Shown: in pieces, positions 49,395 to 63,152 of the stretch
How positions within the stretch are numbered: the stretch's first letter is position 1
Layout: each line of letters begins with the position of its first letter
Source: Phoronis australis
Lineage: Eukaryota; Animalia; Phoronida
Length of the DNA stretch: 64,000 nucleotides
Reading direction: 5' to 3'
Assembly: GCA_002633005.1 (NCBI GenBank)
Contig: NMRA01000043.1
Coordinates: 788,675 to 852,674, forward strand
The notes under the pieces: generated by a model
Told to the model about the DNA's origin: nothing
Database searches by the model: none
What the model saw: only the letters and a program-made list of their open reading frames with translations
Made by a program: the position numbers and the translations under genes

Positions 49395-51469
49395 CTTGGT
49401 AGTGGGATCGAAGACTGTGAAGTTCAGGAGAAAGTACAAAAAGGGCGATCAAACCATTCTTTTCATTTTGAAGAAATTCTTCACTATTGTCAGGAAGATG
49501 CACAACAAAAATAAGAAAATATCAAAAATTAGGTGAAGAAATTTGGGTCAGTTGTTTGGATCGCATCAACCATTTTGGACAACAGCAGCATAACTTACGA
49601 GTTTATAAATTAATTTTAGCAACAGTTGACAGTGAAATTCAGGAAGATTTGTCTTAGCTAACATTCTTTGTGATTCAATACGGTTTTCACCAGAATTTAG
49701 TCAGGCAAATGAAACTTATTGAGTGGTTGAAGTGCTCACAATTGGACTCGTGGTATTTTTGCTATGAAGAAAGGCATGTTCAACCAGCTACTCAGTAACT
49801 GGTGAAAATTTAACTTTTAATACATTTTTGTTGCAATAAAAAGCAAATTTGTACAATTTTCAGTTTTTCTGTGCTAAAGTATAAGGAGCATTCTAATTAT
49901 GTCACTACAATTGTCCATTAAGTTGCCCTTTACACTCTGTTAAAAATATTTTGTCGCCATCGTCGGCCTTGTTATTCAATCGAATGGCACAGGACTGTGA
50001 CTATTCTGTAATTTTATGCAAGTGTCTGAAACTATCTTTGTATGTATACAGCATTTATAAAATTGAATCATTTATTCCGATAAAACAACCAGCGACAGCA
50101 TGCCTTCGTCTTTTTCTAGTGTTGGTCTCGTTCCACACCGGGTCATCGGCTGCAGGTTCGAGTCTGGCACAATAATTTCTGTCAAAGTTTATTTGCCACA
50201 TTTTGTCAATAATTTCAATACAAATTGTCCTTATTTTGGTTTTACTAAAGTTAAGGTCTGCTGTCGATTATTTATCCCCGTTTGCAGGCTGGTAACAAAC
50301 ACTGCTCCAGTCGCATAGCCGGCGTTCTTGAGCCTGGGTTCCTGAATGAATTATACTTCCAGTATCGCGGTTAGTTCAGAATGCCGGTGTCTTCTCTGGG
50401 TCGAAATCATGAGTGGCGTTTATTTAAACTTTTGTCGACTATGAATTGTGCATTGGTTATAGGACAGGTACTGCTTGGTTCTTCCAATCATTTAATAAGG
50501 GTTGAAAACATGGGTATCGATCATTTCACCCACAAGACTCCCTTCATCAGTTATCACTACCATGCCAGGAATTACATAAGAAGACTTGTAAAGTTCTACA
50601 TGCCATACAGCCAGCGTTCGGCCAGGACAGTAACTTTCAGATATAGACCCTCCTACAGTTAGCAAAATAAATACGGTTCTCAGGCACATGCCCATTAAGT
50701 GTAAGCGGAAAAGATTGAGGAAAATGTATTCCGTATGCTAACAAAGCAAGGCCCACAACTTGGCAGCTGGGCAAGTAACTTTTCAGACTAACTGGGCCCC
50801 ATGGGCCAGCATATTTATTTGCTGAATTTCCAACACTGCATACAGCTGGACAGTTCTGACACTATGACTATACAAACTTGTACAATAACAATGATGACAC
50901 TGACAGCAATAATGACTGTTTGAACACACACTACATATCTGTTCACATACAAAAATTGAAAGAATTCCTCAAAGGTTCTCAAAGCAAATTCCTAATATTT
51001 TGCAGGAAATTCTTGTCTGGATTCTTTCTGCAACCTCACAGCTATGCGGAGGAAAAACAGACCCTCTACCATCTAAACATAAGAGCTAGCTCAGACCACT
51101 AAGATTACTTTTGCAGAAGTGCTATGCCATCTGCAAAAACACCAACTGACCTCATAGTAAACATTCAGTGGGGTCAACATTCAAGAGAGTCTAGTGAGAC
51201 AAAGAAGGTCACTTCCACTGATATTCTAGCACTAAAATAATAAAATAGCTCAGTGGCCCATATTCGCACTGGTAGGGTCATGACCCTGAAATCTTTGTTA
51301 TATTCAGCCTTCAAACACCACCCCTGTCTGGGGACAGGAACAGTTTCAAGCACATGCGCAAGACTTTTAGGTAGCGTCATCTCAGATAAGTGAGTCTCAC
51401 CTCAACTATCTACTCTTCAGAGATTACCATTACTGTTACATAATATTATGCATCATTAACTTTTTAATA

Positions 51470-52515
51470 ATGAAAGAGCTCCGAGGAGCGAAACTTGGTG
51501 AAATTAACCAAAAAGATGACGATAAAGATGATGACGAAGATGACGACGATGGTGGCGAGGATGAACAAAAGAAGTAAGAATATACACATGACGAACGCAG
51601 AAGTCCGAAATCAGTAAGAAAAAGGCTACAGTCTTGAGCGACACTTGGCGAAATTAACAGAAAAAGACGACGGAGATGATGACGAAGATGATGACGAATA
51701 TGATGATGGTGGAAGCGATGATGAACAACATCACAACATTCATATGACGAACTTAGACGTCATAAATCAATAAGAAATAGGCTACAGTCTAGTTCAATAG
51801 AAGATAAACCAACATCAATGCAGCAAGAGCGCTCAACAAAGGAACAGCATTATCAGAAAATCTTAAATAACTCGAAAAGTAGACGTCCTAGCGAAAAATG
51901 GAAAACATCTTCTGAAAGCCCGTTCAAAATTCTATCTAAACTGATGGTATCGCCTAATTCCGTAAATTTTTCGAAAAAAATGAAATTTTGCGCTTTTTTA
52001 AGAAATTTAAAGTCAAATAACTCGAAAACGTTAAGTCTGAGAAAAAATTGTTACAGGCCATTTGAAAGAATATACTTTAAAGAATCCACATGCAAAAATT
52101 CACGTCATTTTCTACTCCCGTTTAAATGGCACCTAAGTACGACTGAAAATGGGTCAACATGCGCAAGATCTGCCATCTTGAAAGCAACTTCCGGTTTTTT
52201 GGGTTGATATAATAGCATGTCATAAAAAACTAATATCCGTAANTCCATTCAGCCAAAAGTAGTTCCAGAGGTGGCTTATCAGCCAATTATTCACGCATGC
52301 TGACTCACAATAGAAGCCTGATAAGAGTGAAGGTGGATAAATGCGGTGTTCCTACAGTTTCTTGTTTTAGTGGATGTGTTCACGACATGCAGTACTTCCG
52401 GAACTACGTGTTATGTGTAAATTTCGTGATGATCAGACGAAAATTGCGACCTGTATCGTGCGAACAAACAAACAAAAAACAAACTTAGTGGAAGAGCAAC
52501 ATACTTGGCGAAGTA
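51470..52515 (-). mobile_element. Family B element, inverted copy of 3040-4220
   Basis: Reverse complement matches 3050-3175 and 3465-4215 closely. Confidence 0.8.
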
Positions 52516-53439
52516 AAAATGGTTGGCTAATATATTAATGACTAGCTCCCAACCATAATGTTTCACGTTACAAACCAATAAATCACTAAATTTATTTATT
52601 ACATTTTTCATAGGTCCTTCATACTAATGTCAATACGTCTATGTTTTGGGGAGTTGCAGTCAGCATGAATGCTTAACTTCACACCCCATCCAAGTTAAAG
52701 AACCAGTTTACTTTCATAGTAAATTGATGGGCAGTGTCGTCACTCGTATTTGCTTATATTTTGCTCGAATAATCACTAATCGAATTAGAACTAAGTATTA
52801 TATAAATCAGCAGAAATTAAGTAAATGTTCTCAAATTGTCACATAAAAAATCTTAGCGCACACGCGATGAACCAGCGCTACCTTGCAAATTCTACGATGA
52901 CAGCGTCACCTACCGTTTACTTCGATGCCATTAGCAACCAAAGCTGCTCATACCAAAGTCAAGTTAGTATGAAAGGGCCTTATAAGAGGTAGATGTTTCC
53001 ACTCCATCAGTTCAAATTGAGCATGATTGTTCAACCATGATGATGCCTGCAAAAATAGTAGCACTGTTCCCATCTCACGGAGAACACATCATTCAACCGA
53101 GAATGTAGAGGTAAAACCAGTTAGACCACTATTATCAAACATCAAATGGTAATTCAAAATGACTACCCAGACGAAAACAAAGTTGGGGAATTTTGTGAAA
53201 AGTTTTCAAGAAAAGACTCTCCAGATTGTTGTACATACCTGCGAACAGAGGCAAATCTCTAAGATACAAGCACTCTGGCCAAGTCAACTGCCAGCAAGCG
53301 TTCTTCAACCTTTAAATTTCCCCACTACTCTGGCTCACTAACACATACCTTTTCCAACAGCACTGCAGTGATAGCCCCAATCATTGACCAGCTGAGGAAT
53401 GTCCAGAGACAATCTCTGTCCATTGCAATTAGTCCAATC

Positions 53440-54000
53440 AGCGAGAAGAAAATAGACAGCCACTTTACTCACATTTCTAATTGGATCACACAATGCCTCC
53501 TAAAATTTTGGACATCATGAGCAGCCACATGGCACAAGCCCTGTTGCACATCAAGAAGTATTGCAAACAAGATGATAAAAGAGCACCTGAGACGAATATA
53601 CCACTATTAAAGACCTTGAGTTGTGCAAGAAGTAAATGATACATTCAGATGTAATTGTCTGACATTTCCACCACATAGCTGGAATATGTGTTTATTCTGG
53701 ATACATAGCTGACAAAGAGAAGCCCCACCACATTACAAGTGGTGTGTTCCAGAGGTGGTATGTGAGAGGCAACAGTGGACTTGAAAAACTTCACTATTGT
53801 TTCGGACATGATACAGGAGGAACTTGACAGTTCCAAGGTGTAGACAATATCAGGGCACTTAATGAAAACTTTCAAAGCAAGCAAGCAAGCTAACATTACT
53901 CTCTCAGTACTGACTATGTAGGCTTGGTGTTCCTTGTGTGCATGGACAACAGCAGGATTCCAAAGGACATCTTGTACGAACTATGGGAACAATCAATGAC
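53440..54000 (+). mobile_element. Decayed RTE-type LINE 3' fragments
   Basis: Broken translations HTQCLLKILDI...EVLQ and MDNSRIPKDILYEL resemble the post-RT motifs of RTE-clade ORFs. Confidence 0.5.
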
Positions 54001-56675
54001 GGTGGAACTAGTGGACAGGTGCCCTAGAAATCCCACATTGATGAAGCATCACACTAGACCACCAGCTTGACAGAGCTACATCACACAACAGCCTCACCTG
54101 TTTACCTGAAGGTTGAGAAACAACACCAGATGGCGCAGAGGTTTGAAAAAGTAGTCAGTGGCAGACAAATCGCTGCTTTCAGTTCTCAATACCAGGAAAA
54201 AATTTTAAAATTCTGTAACATAAGTCACCACTGAATGAGTGATTCTTTCCATCTATATAGTTATTATAGTTACTGTACATAGTTATAAATAGTATAACAA
54301 TACAATCTTAGTTATAATATGCCCCATTCCTGTTCATTCTTTGTCAAATACAACTGTATTGTAGTAATATTAATATTCTAGAAACAAAAAATATCTATAC
54401 TTAGGAAATGACATTTGGATTCTTTGACTTTGACAGCCTTCCTCTAAGTCAACTATGTAAAAGTGTAGTATCCCAATTTCTAAGCTGTGCACTTCTGACA
54501 AAAATAGATACTATCCCCTCCTGTTTAACCAGCTGATAGTACTAGACATACTACCCATTCCGTGACTTGAAATCACCTCTATGTAGCTGAAGTATACACA
54601 GACAAAGCAACTTGAGAGGACTCATTAATTAGGACCAATGTACATCTCATCTCAGACAGCAACTATCACTGGCTTTAATTGGGGATAATGTACACAACAT
54701 GACATGACACTGTACAGTTTAATACAGCTGGTTTGATAGCCATCTATTGGCAGAGAGATAAACTATTGAACAGGCAGTGAAGGCATTAAGCAACAGGCCA
54801 CACTCACTATTTACAGCAAAAATGTTTTGATATCTGTTGTTACACTACTACAAATGTCGTTCCAATGCACAGTGGCTTGCTATACCGTGATAGCAAAAAC
54901 AACACTAGCTGGTTTATTGTTCATCCATGTCGGCTGGTTTATTGTTCATCCATGTCGGACTTTCTTAACAAGTGTGTGCATTTAGTGGAATATCAGCAGA
55001 ATTGTAAACTTTAACTCAGTAAAAGTAAATATTTTCTGAAAGTAGAAAGCCTCTAGAATTTGATTTTTGTTTTACCAATTTGCCATGGATAGGGTCACAT
55101 GACCTTGTGCTGAGGTCTCGCAAAAAAGAAAGGTTCATTCATAATACATTCACTGGTATCAATAACAAAACCAAATTTTGTTTGACATAATTTCGTAGAT
55201 GTTCAAGATAAAATCTCAAAGGGGCAGTTAATAGTTTTCTAATACTTCATCTTGTTTCGTTTTATGCAACTTTTATTTTTTTCGTAAAGTTCATATTTTT
55301 GATAGCTACTCATCCAAAAGTAGAATGTTTTGTAAGCAATTCCCAACAGCAATTTTGAGTACAGTGCTTAACGCATATCTGAAAGTTTCATCTTAATCCA
55401 AACAGCCATTTCTGAGATATAGACAAATTTGGACATTTTTCATAACCTCGCGCAACCAAACTAAAGTCACATTGACAATAGATTTTCTACTTCCGTGAAA
55501 AAGTTGAATTCTGGAAGTGGCTATTGAATCTTGCTTGAAATTCCAAGATATTTAATGCCATTGAGAATAACCTCACAAGATGCATGCTTGTCTGGGAGAC
55601 TTTTAATGAACTTCCATTAAGTTGATATGCCTGTCATCTATTGGAATCATTAGACACTACGGTAATAAGTAAACTGCATTACAAATGTGTGCAATCAAGC
55701 CAACCTTTACCAAGATCAGTATCTGTGAACTTTATAGCTGACATTTACTAAGCTCACTGAATCACTAAAACAGCATGCAACTACTCAAGTATCTCATGAT
55801 TGATAAAAAATGTTAAATGAGAATCTGATGGATCAATTTAGTTGAGCCAGAAAATGACCCCCCGTCAACTAGTAAACTGCGTTTTTGTGAAGGAAATTAG
55901 GTGAGAAAAATGGAAATTGATACTAACAAGCCGAAATTTTTCCCCATATGCGTTTTTTATGCAAATTAGTAGTGCCCCTTTTACAGTTTTTTTGTTATTT
56001 TAGCAATTAGAAAATCTCCCTGACACTTTCACATCATTTAAAAAATAAGTCTATGCCTATGTTTTGAGGGTCAAGCATGACCACAAAATTATTTTCAAAG
56101 TAACCCTTTGTTCCTGTAGAAAAATAACCTGAACACTAGCAGTAATTCTTTTCACACAAATAACATAAGGTGAACAGAACCCAATAAGAACAATAAACAG
56201 GGAAATTATTTTTTTAGTCATCATTTCACGAAACACAAAAACAGTCAATGCCCTTCAGATGAAGCAACGAGTGAGGACTGTGGAGACACCTGTTGTCAGC
56301 AGGTGATTTTTGGCTCTATAAACTTACATCTTTCTAATCCCTTACATCACCTTCTGTGAAACTTTCATTAACACAACTGGCGATTTGTCCCTTTCGTCCA
56401 CATCTCAAACATCCGTGATCATGTGATCAATCACTGAGTTGGTAGTACAGGGCCATATAATCACTGAATCTACCACTCCTATTCTCTCATCCACTTCTGA
56501 CTGCAGGCACCAGTATGTCAGCATTTCACCACCATGCTTGTATGAGGAAACAGTGATTTTTTCATTGAATGTATGGCTCTTGCGCATACAGGTATGTGTA
56601 GAGTTGAACAAAGTCATTGCTAGCTTTACTACCACATTGCGCAACACCTTTGCACAATAATGGACAAAGACTCTG

Positions 56676-56925
56676 GGGCCCGTTCTAAGAAAACTGATTT
56701 AGCTAAGAAAATTCTTAAATTTGTGTCAATTTTAAGATAAAACTTCAATTTGCCTTAAATCTTTTCCAAGAAAGTGATCTTAAGTGTGACATAAGTTTTC
56801 GACTTCAGTTTTGTCTTAAGCTTGATTAACTTACCTGTTGTGGAAGTTTTAAAGTTTTTGGAAGTTGAGACAAATCTTAAACTCAAGTCAAAATGAACAT
56901 AATTCAGTTTATTGGAACGGGCCTC
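56676..56925. mobile_element. Harbinger-like MITE
   Basis: TIR ggggcccgttctaagaaactga / tcagtttattggaacgggcctc; a related end is at 33562. Confidence 0.55.
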
Positions 56926-57031
56926 AGATCACTCATGTAACAGGTGAACTCCTCTCATTCTTTCTTCAGTTGAGGAGTCGCATTGCAATCGACACCAAGC
57001 AGCCTGAACGCAAAGTGGAAATTACGATCTA

Positions 57032-58089
57032 CCTTATTTGCCGTAATAACCGCCCAGGGCGCTTAGAAAAGTTCGTTTCAAAGGGGGCGTTGAAACCCAG
57101 TCACGTGACATTTGTTTTGAAGTTCGTCTGCATTTGTGAGTAAGCGAGCCCGTGAGTGTCACCAGAGTTCATTTGCCAAAGTAGAGACCGTCTTTTGGCC
57201 AGAGCCAAGCAATCTAACGAGCTAGATGTGCATTGTGTCTAAAGAAATTTGCACAAGCAGTAGGCCTAAACCAGAGCATGTTTCATTCAGCACTTGCCGG
57301 TCTCGTGCTAAAAACGGTCGACATTTGTCTCAGTAAGGTCCATATTAGTCGCCGTGTGGCTGGATGCGTACCTGACTATCTGACAGTTATTTTTCGGTGT
57401 GAGGGTGCGTAAGCATTCACTGTCAGGGGTCATTTTATCGGATATTTGGCTTAATCAAACAATTCATCTTAAAAATAACGCAAACATTTTTCATAGTATT
57501 AGAAACTGTCGGAAATTAGTGCCAATGTTCATTTCTTGCCGATGCTATGCTACCCGTTTCATGAATGAATAGTTCCCGGCTAATGTCTTTGATGTCAGGT
57601 TCATGTATGTAGTGCGCGCTTCCTGGCCACGTGCTTTTAACACTGGCCAAGCTTTTTATTAGTCTTCAATTCGCGGTTTTCACGTGTGCAAAGAAATTTG
57701 GATTCCTGTTGAAAGCGGGAAATATCTACAAAGCAATCCCATAGACAAGTACACTATTTCTGTTCTGAAATGCCAGACCATTGGTCCTCGCAAGATCATC
57801 AGAACTTTTGTGTTTGCTTTTAGGCATGGCGGAAGTTTGAAGTGTATAGTCACGGCTAAATGACTGACATAGCGGCAAGGCTCGTGGTCTACAAATTCTG
57901 CGCACAATGATTTCTTTCAGCACTGTCGGATATTATTGATAAATTGAAGATGTTACTGTAGAATTTTAGGACTGTAGGTAAGGCATTTTTCGCACGTACA
58001 CATTCATGGACTGGGCGCTTATTTTAGCAGTCTGAAAACGCGGGGGAGGGCGCTTATAGGGGCATGGGCGGTTATTACGGCAAATATGG
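57032..58089 (+). mobile_element. pogo-like non-autonomous element with HIRAN-like cargo, copy 2
   Basis: TA|CCTTATTTGCCGTAATAACCGCCC ... GGGCGGTTATTACGGCAAATATGG|TA. Confidence 0.8.
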
Positions 58090-59303
58090 TATTCAAGTTT
58101 TTAGAGGGCCCGGTACTGATTTATCAATAAATGCACAAGGGAAAACTTCTTCAGTGATTACATAAACCCAAGTAGTAGAGATGTACAGTTGTCATCTCCC
58201 CAAACACTTTTCCAGCTCACAATGTTTGAGTGGCCAGCATGATACACGTTCTGTCTTTACCCCAGCGTGACAGAATAGGAGACACAAAACAATTCTGAAA
58301 TAAACTGAAAATCTTGGTTGCTGTAGATTTCTGGGAGTTTCCAATGAGAGAGCAAGAGATGAGACTTCTAAAACAACTCACATGCATATTTGACGCCAAA
58401 AATGATGCGCCCCTTGAGTTCATATTTGAATGATTGAGACAGCTCACTCAACTCAGTTTTTTAACCCAAGTAAGCTAATCCCAACGAAACAACTTACACT
58501 GTAAGTATAAAAAGATTGGGTCGCGTTTGCAGCCGGGAACAAATCATCCATGTTTTAATCGAGAAAACGAAATGTAGTCACGTTCACTGATCTAAAACGG
58601 TTCTTGCTGATACGTTTATTGGACTGCCATTCATAAAGTTCTGAAGTAAGACACTGCAGTGCGTTGATACACTTGAAATCATACGAGTTTTTAGCAACGG
58701 TCTCACAAAATCACCCTTCAAAGTCTAATCCTGTTTTTGTTTGAACCGTGAGAACTTTGTGGTTGTTGGGTTCCACTGATTGACCGAATTTATAAGTTCC
58801 ATGCTCGAATGAACACCCAGCACACTTGCCTAGTTCAGCTAAAATTTGGACGTAAGCAGCCACTGCTTGGGTATCGCTCACAACTGACTTTTGGCAATTT
58901 TCAGTTTAAACGCCCAATGCTTGGGTAATTATCCACCATATCTCAGGGTTTCCCAATTTAAACACCCAGTGCGTTAACCCGTGAGTTTACAGTATTTTAT
59001 ATTGCATAAAAAGTTTGTCAAAAATTTCATTCATTTCCTAGGGGTTCTCCTCAGGTAACTGAAAAACGCAATGAAAATAATTAAACAAAAACATAAATTA
59101 TATTCTGACCCTAAAGGTTTCATACTTTTGATCTATTATGACATTACAGGTTACAAACTGGGGGAGGGGTACTGACCTAACCACTTTTGACCTTTTATGT
59201 CAAGTTTTTCTATTGTACCAAACTGACATAATTATTGGCTTGGGGAACCTTGTGAATTAGATGACTTGGACTGGCTGGAATCTTCAAGATTACATCTAGA
59301 ATA

Positions 59304-60466
59304 AACAACAGCAATGCAGAGCATTGAAACGCACCCATGAATGCACCACAAACGGTGTCAGGGTTGTTTATTTATTTCATACAAATGGATGGTGCAAAAA
59401 TGTCAAATCCATCTGAAAACGGGAACATGAAATCGCATCTTAATAGAAATCTATTTGATTTCATAAAAATCTTCAGAGAAACAAAGGAAAATGGAAAAAA
59501 ATGAAATTGCCAATAAAGGGTACAGCGTTCATTGGATCCGCCTGAAAGACGACGACGTCTGTTGTTAGCTTCATATAAATACAATTTCTAAATTGAATGG
59601 GTTTAGGAGATTCAGCTTAGGCGCAAAACAAACAAAACTACCAATAGAAGGTACTACAGTAGTCGAAGTCCTCATTGTCAACAGTCTTCTTCACACTGAG
59701 AACATATTCGCCAGTTTTCAAAATCATCTTTAGAATGCTTTGGTTGATTGAGGGGTGGACGCCAACAAAACTCATAAAACAGCAAAAATGGCCACTAGGT
59801 GGCACAAAGTAAGTCGATTCCACCCGAAAATGGGAGGATAGCATCAACTCACCTATAGACGCCTAAATTCCTAATTTTCTAAAAATCTGTTGAGGACCTT
59901 TGAAGATACAGAGGTAAATTTAGAAAAGATCCTGCAAACGGTTTAAGAGATACAGCCATTGGCACAAAAACAAAACTGCCACTAGGAGGCACTACAGTAG
60001 TCAAAATCATCAGAAAATCATCATCAGCCGTTCTCTTCATTGTAAGAACATACATGACATTTCACAATCATCCTTAGAGCAATTTGGTTGATAGAGGGGT
60101 GGACGACAAAAAAACGGCTCGAAAACAATAAAAATGGCCACTAGGTGGCACAAACTACATCGAGTTCATCCGAAAACGGGAGGATGGCCTCATCTCAATA
60201 ATAGATGCCTATATGCCAAATTTCGTGAAAATACATTGAGGACTTATGAAGATACAGAGGTAAATGTAAAAAACTAAAATTGCCACTAGGGGGCACACCG
60301 GTGGTCGGATCCATTCAAAAGTTTGCTCATGCCGTTCCATCCACGAAAGGAACATATGTGCAAAATTTCATGATCATACGCCGAAGGCCTTTGGAGATAG
60401 AGCAGTGGACGCTGGACAGTCGGAGATGACGGCATAATGCATCCACATATAAATATGTGGGCGCAT
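59304..60466 (+). mobile_element. Interspersed family A copy
   Basis: Same ends (caatgcagagcattgaaacgcaccc ... tatgtgggcgca) and subrepeats as 35978-37473. Confidence 0.8.
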
Positions 60467-60861
60467 GAAAAAAGGGAAATAACATTTTTGAAACTTTTAG
60501 TACATTTTCGAATTAGAAATAGCTCTTAGGGTAACAAGGCAACATTGTGTCACAAAAGACAAATTATGTCAAATCTTGACACTCATTAAATCAATGCATA
60601 AATATCAATGGAAAACAACACTGCCTTCAGTCTAGAGTTTCTATTTCATCGGTGGCAAAATCAGTTCCCCAGGATATTTCGACGGGATGCAGCTATAAAT
60701 TGAAGTTAACCGCCAACTTAGTCCGTGGACTAGAAAAAGGGACTTATTTGAAGGAAACTTTTGAGAAAGTTATCGTTCCATTGATAGTTGTTCCAGAATG
60801 AAACACCATATTTATGCAGTGATCCATCTATGGCATAGGACCTTTTAAAATACTTATATTA

Positions 60862-61147
60862 TGGTAAAAATTCTCCGATTTGGACAGCAATCTCTAAAAT
60901 TTGGGAGACTGAAATTTAAGCCAATGTTGAATTTTCTTGATTCTAAAGACTGTAATATGGGTAATTTTGGCATTCATCATATTCCTCAAATATTGGACAA
61001 TGCATGTTGTATCAACAAAGTCTGAGATAAAATTGTTGAGGACGCCAATGCAAAATTCATCTTTATCTTGATTTGTAAATTTGAGTATGGACAATAATGT
61101 CTACTTCAAAATATTTTAAAGGACCCAAACTGGAGAATATTTACCGT
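60862..61147. mobile_element. Small TA-flanked MITE
   Basis: ggtaaaaattctccgatttgg / ccaaactggagaatatttaccg inverted pair; a related end is at 43104. Confidence 0.5.
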
Positions 61148-61635
61148 AAAATCCTTTACACATTTTTGTAGCTGGGAAAAAGAACCTTTTCTACTTTCGA
61201 AGTGTCGAAGGGAATCAAATCCGAAAGCAATCCTTCCATAGTGAATTTAGTCATAAAAGGAAACTTTTCATCTATACTAGGATAACTTGTTGTGAAAATG
61301 TTAGCCATCTCAGCAGTACCCCCCCCCCTCTTCTAAGGTACTACTCCCAGCAATCAGTTCTCATTTAATCACCAGATCATTGACAAAGCACAGAAAGTAC
61401 ATTAATTCACCAAACCTCTGTTCATGCGTAATATTAAGGATGGTTCAAAGAGGGAAACAATATAGCTAACTCATTAGCACGTTTGTACTGGAGAAGTCTG
61501 TCAGACGCTGATATACTTAGCCAAAGGCATGCAGGGTAATGGCAGGTCAATGGTTTTGCGACATTACAAATAATAAGCGAGGATCAATAAACTGTTAATA
61601 CATTTTACAAGAAAACTGCACTGAGTATGACTTAA

Positions 61636-62237
61636 AGGAGCATGCCACCCAAAAAACAACCTAATTTGTATCAATTTAGATCGAGTAGTTCTACTCCATA
61701 ACGACAAGTATGAAATTATCTCCGACACATGCGGTTGCGTTACCCAACACCTGACGGCAGACGGAGGTGTTGAAATTATCCATTGACGTCATCGGTTTCA
61801 CACGCAGTCTGTTCAGCAGTTCACAACACTGGTTACTGGTGTCAGCTTATCGCTTGAAGTCATCGTTTAACACCAATAAATCATCAAACTTCTATGTAAA
61901 ACCCTTAAAAATACACCGAGTTCTTATCAAAACGTGTTGTTTTAGTTCACTCTTACGGATTTATTGGTATTTGGACACACCATAGCCTACAAAGTTCGGC
62001 AGGCCAATAAGGGGTCTGTTCCGAGATAATTTAGAAGCATTTTCCGTGAGATACAGACAGGAGAACCTAGATCTGTGTTGTTTGTGATTTTTTTGAGTTC
62101 TAAACACAAAACGCTTGTTAGCCTGGTCAGTGGCTCGGAGCCCGATCAGGCCNTAAGGTCGACCATATGCGAGGCGATGTGGATATAGACCGATTAAGAC
62201 GGCAAAAAAGACTAATTAAATCGGGTGGCATTCTCCT
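61636..62237. mobile_element. Kolobok-like MITE
   Basis: TTAA|AGGAGCATGCCACCC ... GGGTGGCATTCTCCT|TTAA. Confidence 0.75.
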
Positions 62238-63051
62238 TTAATCTTAACACTTGAACATGACACAAGAGTGCAAGGGTACTTGAGATGAGAGGACCTGCCA
62301 TCAGGAATTGCATGCCTTTACAAAAGAAGCTGGCAGCTTCACTAGAGGGATGATCGTGTCCATAAATAAGCGAAGACTGGCCAAGCAGCAATGAACATGA
62401 AGCACAGGAGAAGGTAGATTTACCTGGGTTAACACGCCACAATCATCATTGGATTTATAACTAACAGACTTTAAACGTTTGTTTATTTTAATCATCAAAA
62501 TAATCATTTCATACAGAGCTGGAGGCATAGGATCGGTGACGCAACCCCATGGTTTCAATATCACTATTAATATTACGTACAGTTTCAGATAACATATGAC
62601 TGCTACATGCAGAGGTATATCCACCAGTGCAGGGATCAAAGGGTATGGGTGAATTAACCCACACAGCCTTAAGTATTTGGGCCAATTTGGAGGACCTATG
62701 GGCAATACTAGTTTTTTGTCCTTTTTTGCTCCTAATTTTAATGGGCCGGTTGGCCCGACTTAAGCCATCACAGTGTGTCTATGAAATAACTTTTTTATAT
62801 CAATGACAAATTATACGTGTTCACAGATTACACCAAACCATTGATATCCCAAGCGCTATACACAGCTACATGATGGATTCAGAGTCAGACACAGTAAGTG
62901 CAGTACTTGTTTCACATTGTAATCTTGTATTTGACAACGAGATCCAGTAAACCATTTCAGAGCACACTACTTTTATTACACAATTTTATTGATCGCAACT
63001 GAACGGTAAAAAGTGATCACTAGTCGTCTTGGGTTGTCAACAGCTCTGTAG

Positions 63052-63152
63052 GTGGCACTGTCATCCATATGTTTATGTGGATGGCACTGTCATCCATATG
63101 TTTATGTGGATGGCACTGTCATCCATAGTTATTTGGATGACACTGTCATCCG
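63052..63152. repeat. Tandem repeat, about 29 bp x3.5, internally palindromic
   Basis: Unit tggcactgtcatccatatgtttatgtgga. Confidence 0.85.

Noticed and set aside
55219-55981. Kolobok-like ends aaaggggca / tgccccttt
   Set aside because: The match is short and the TTAA target duplication is not intact
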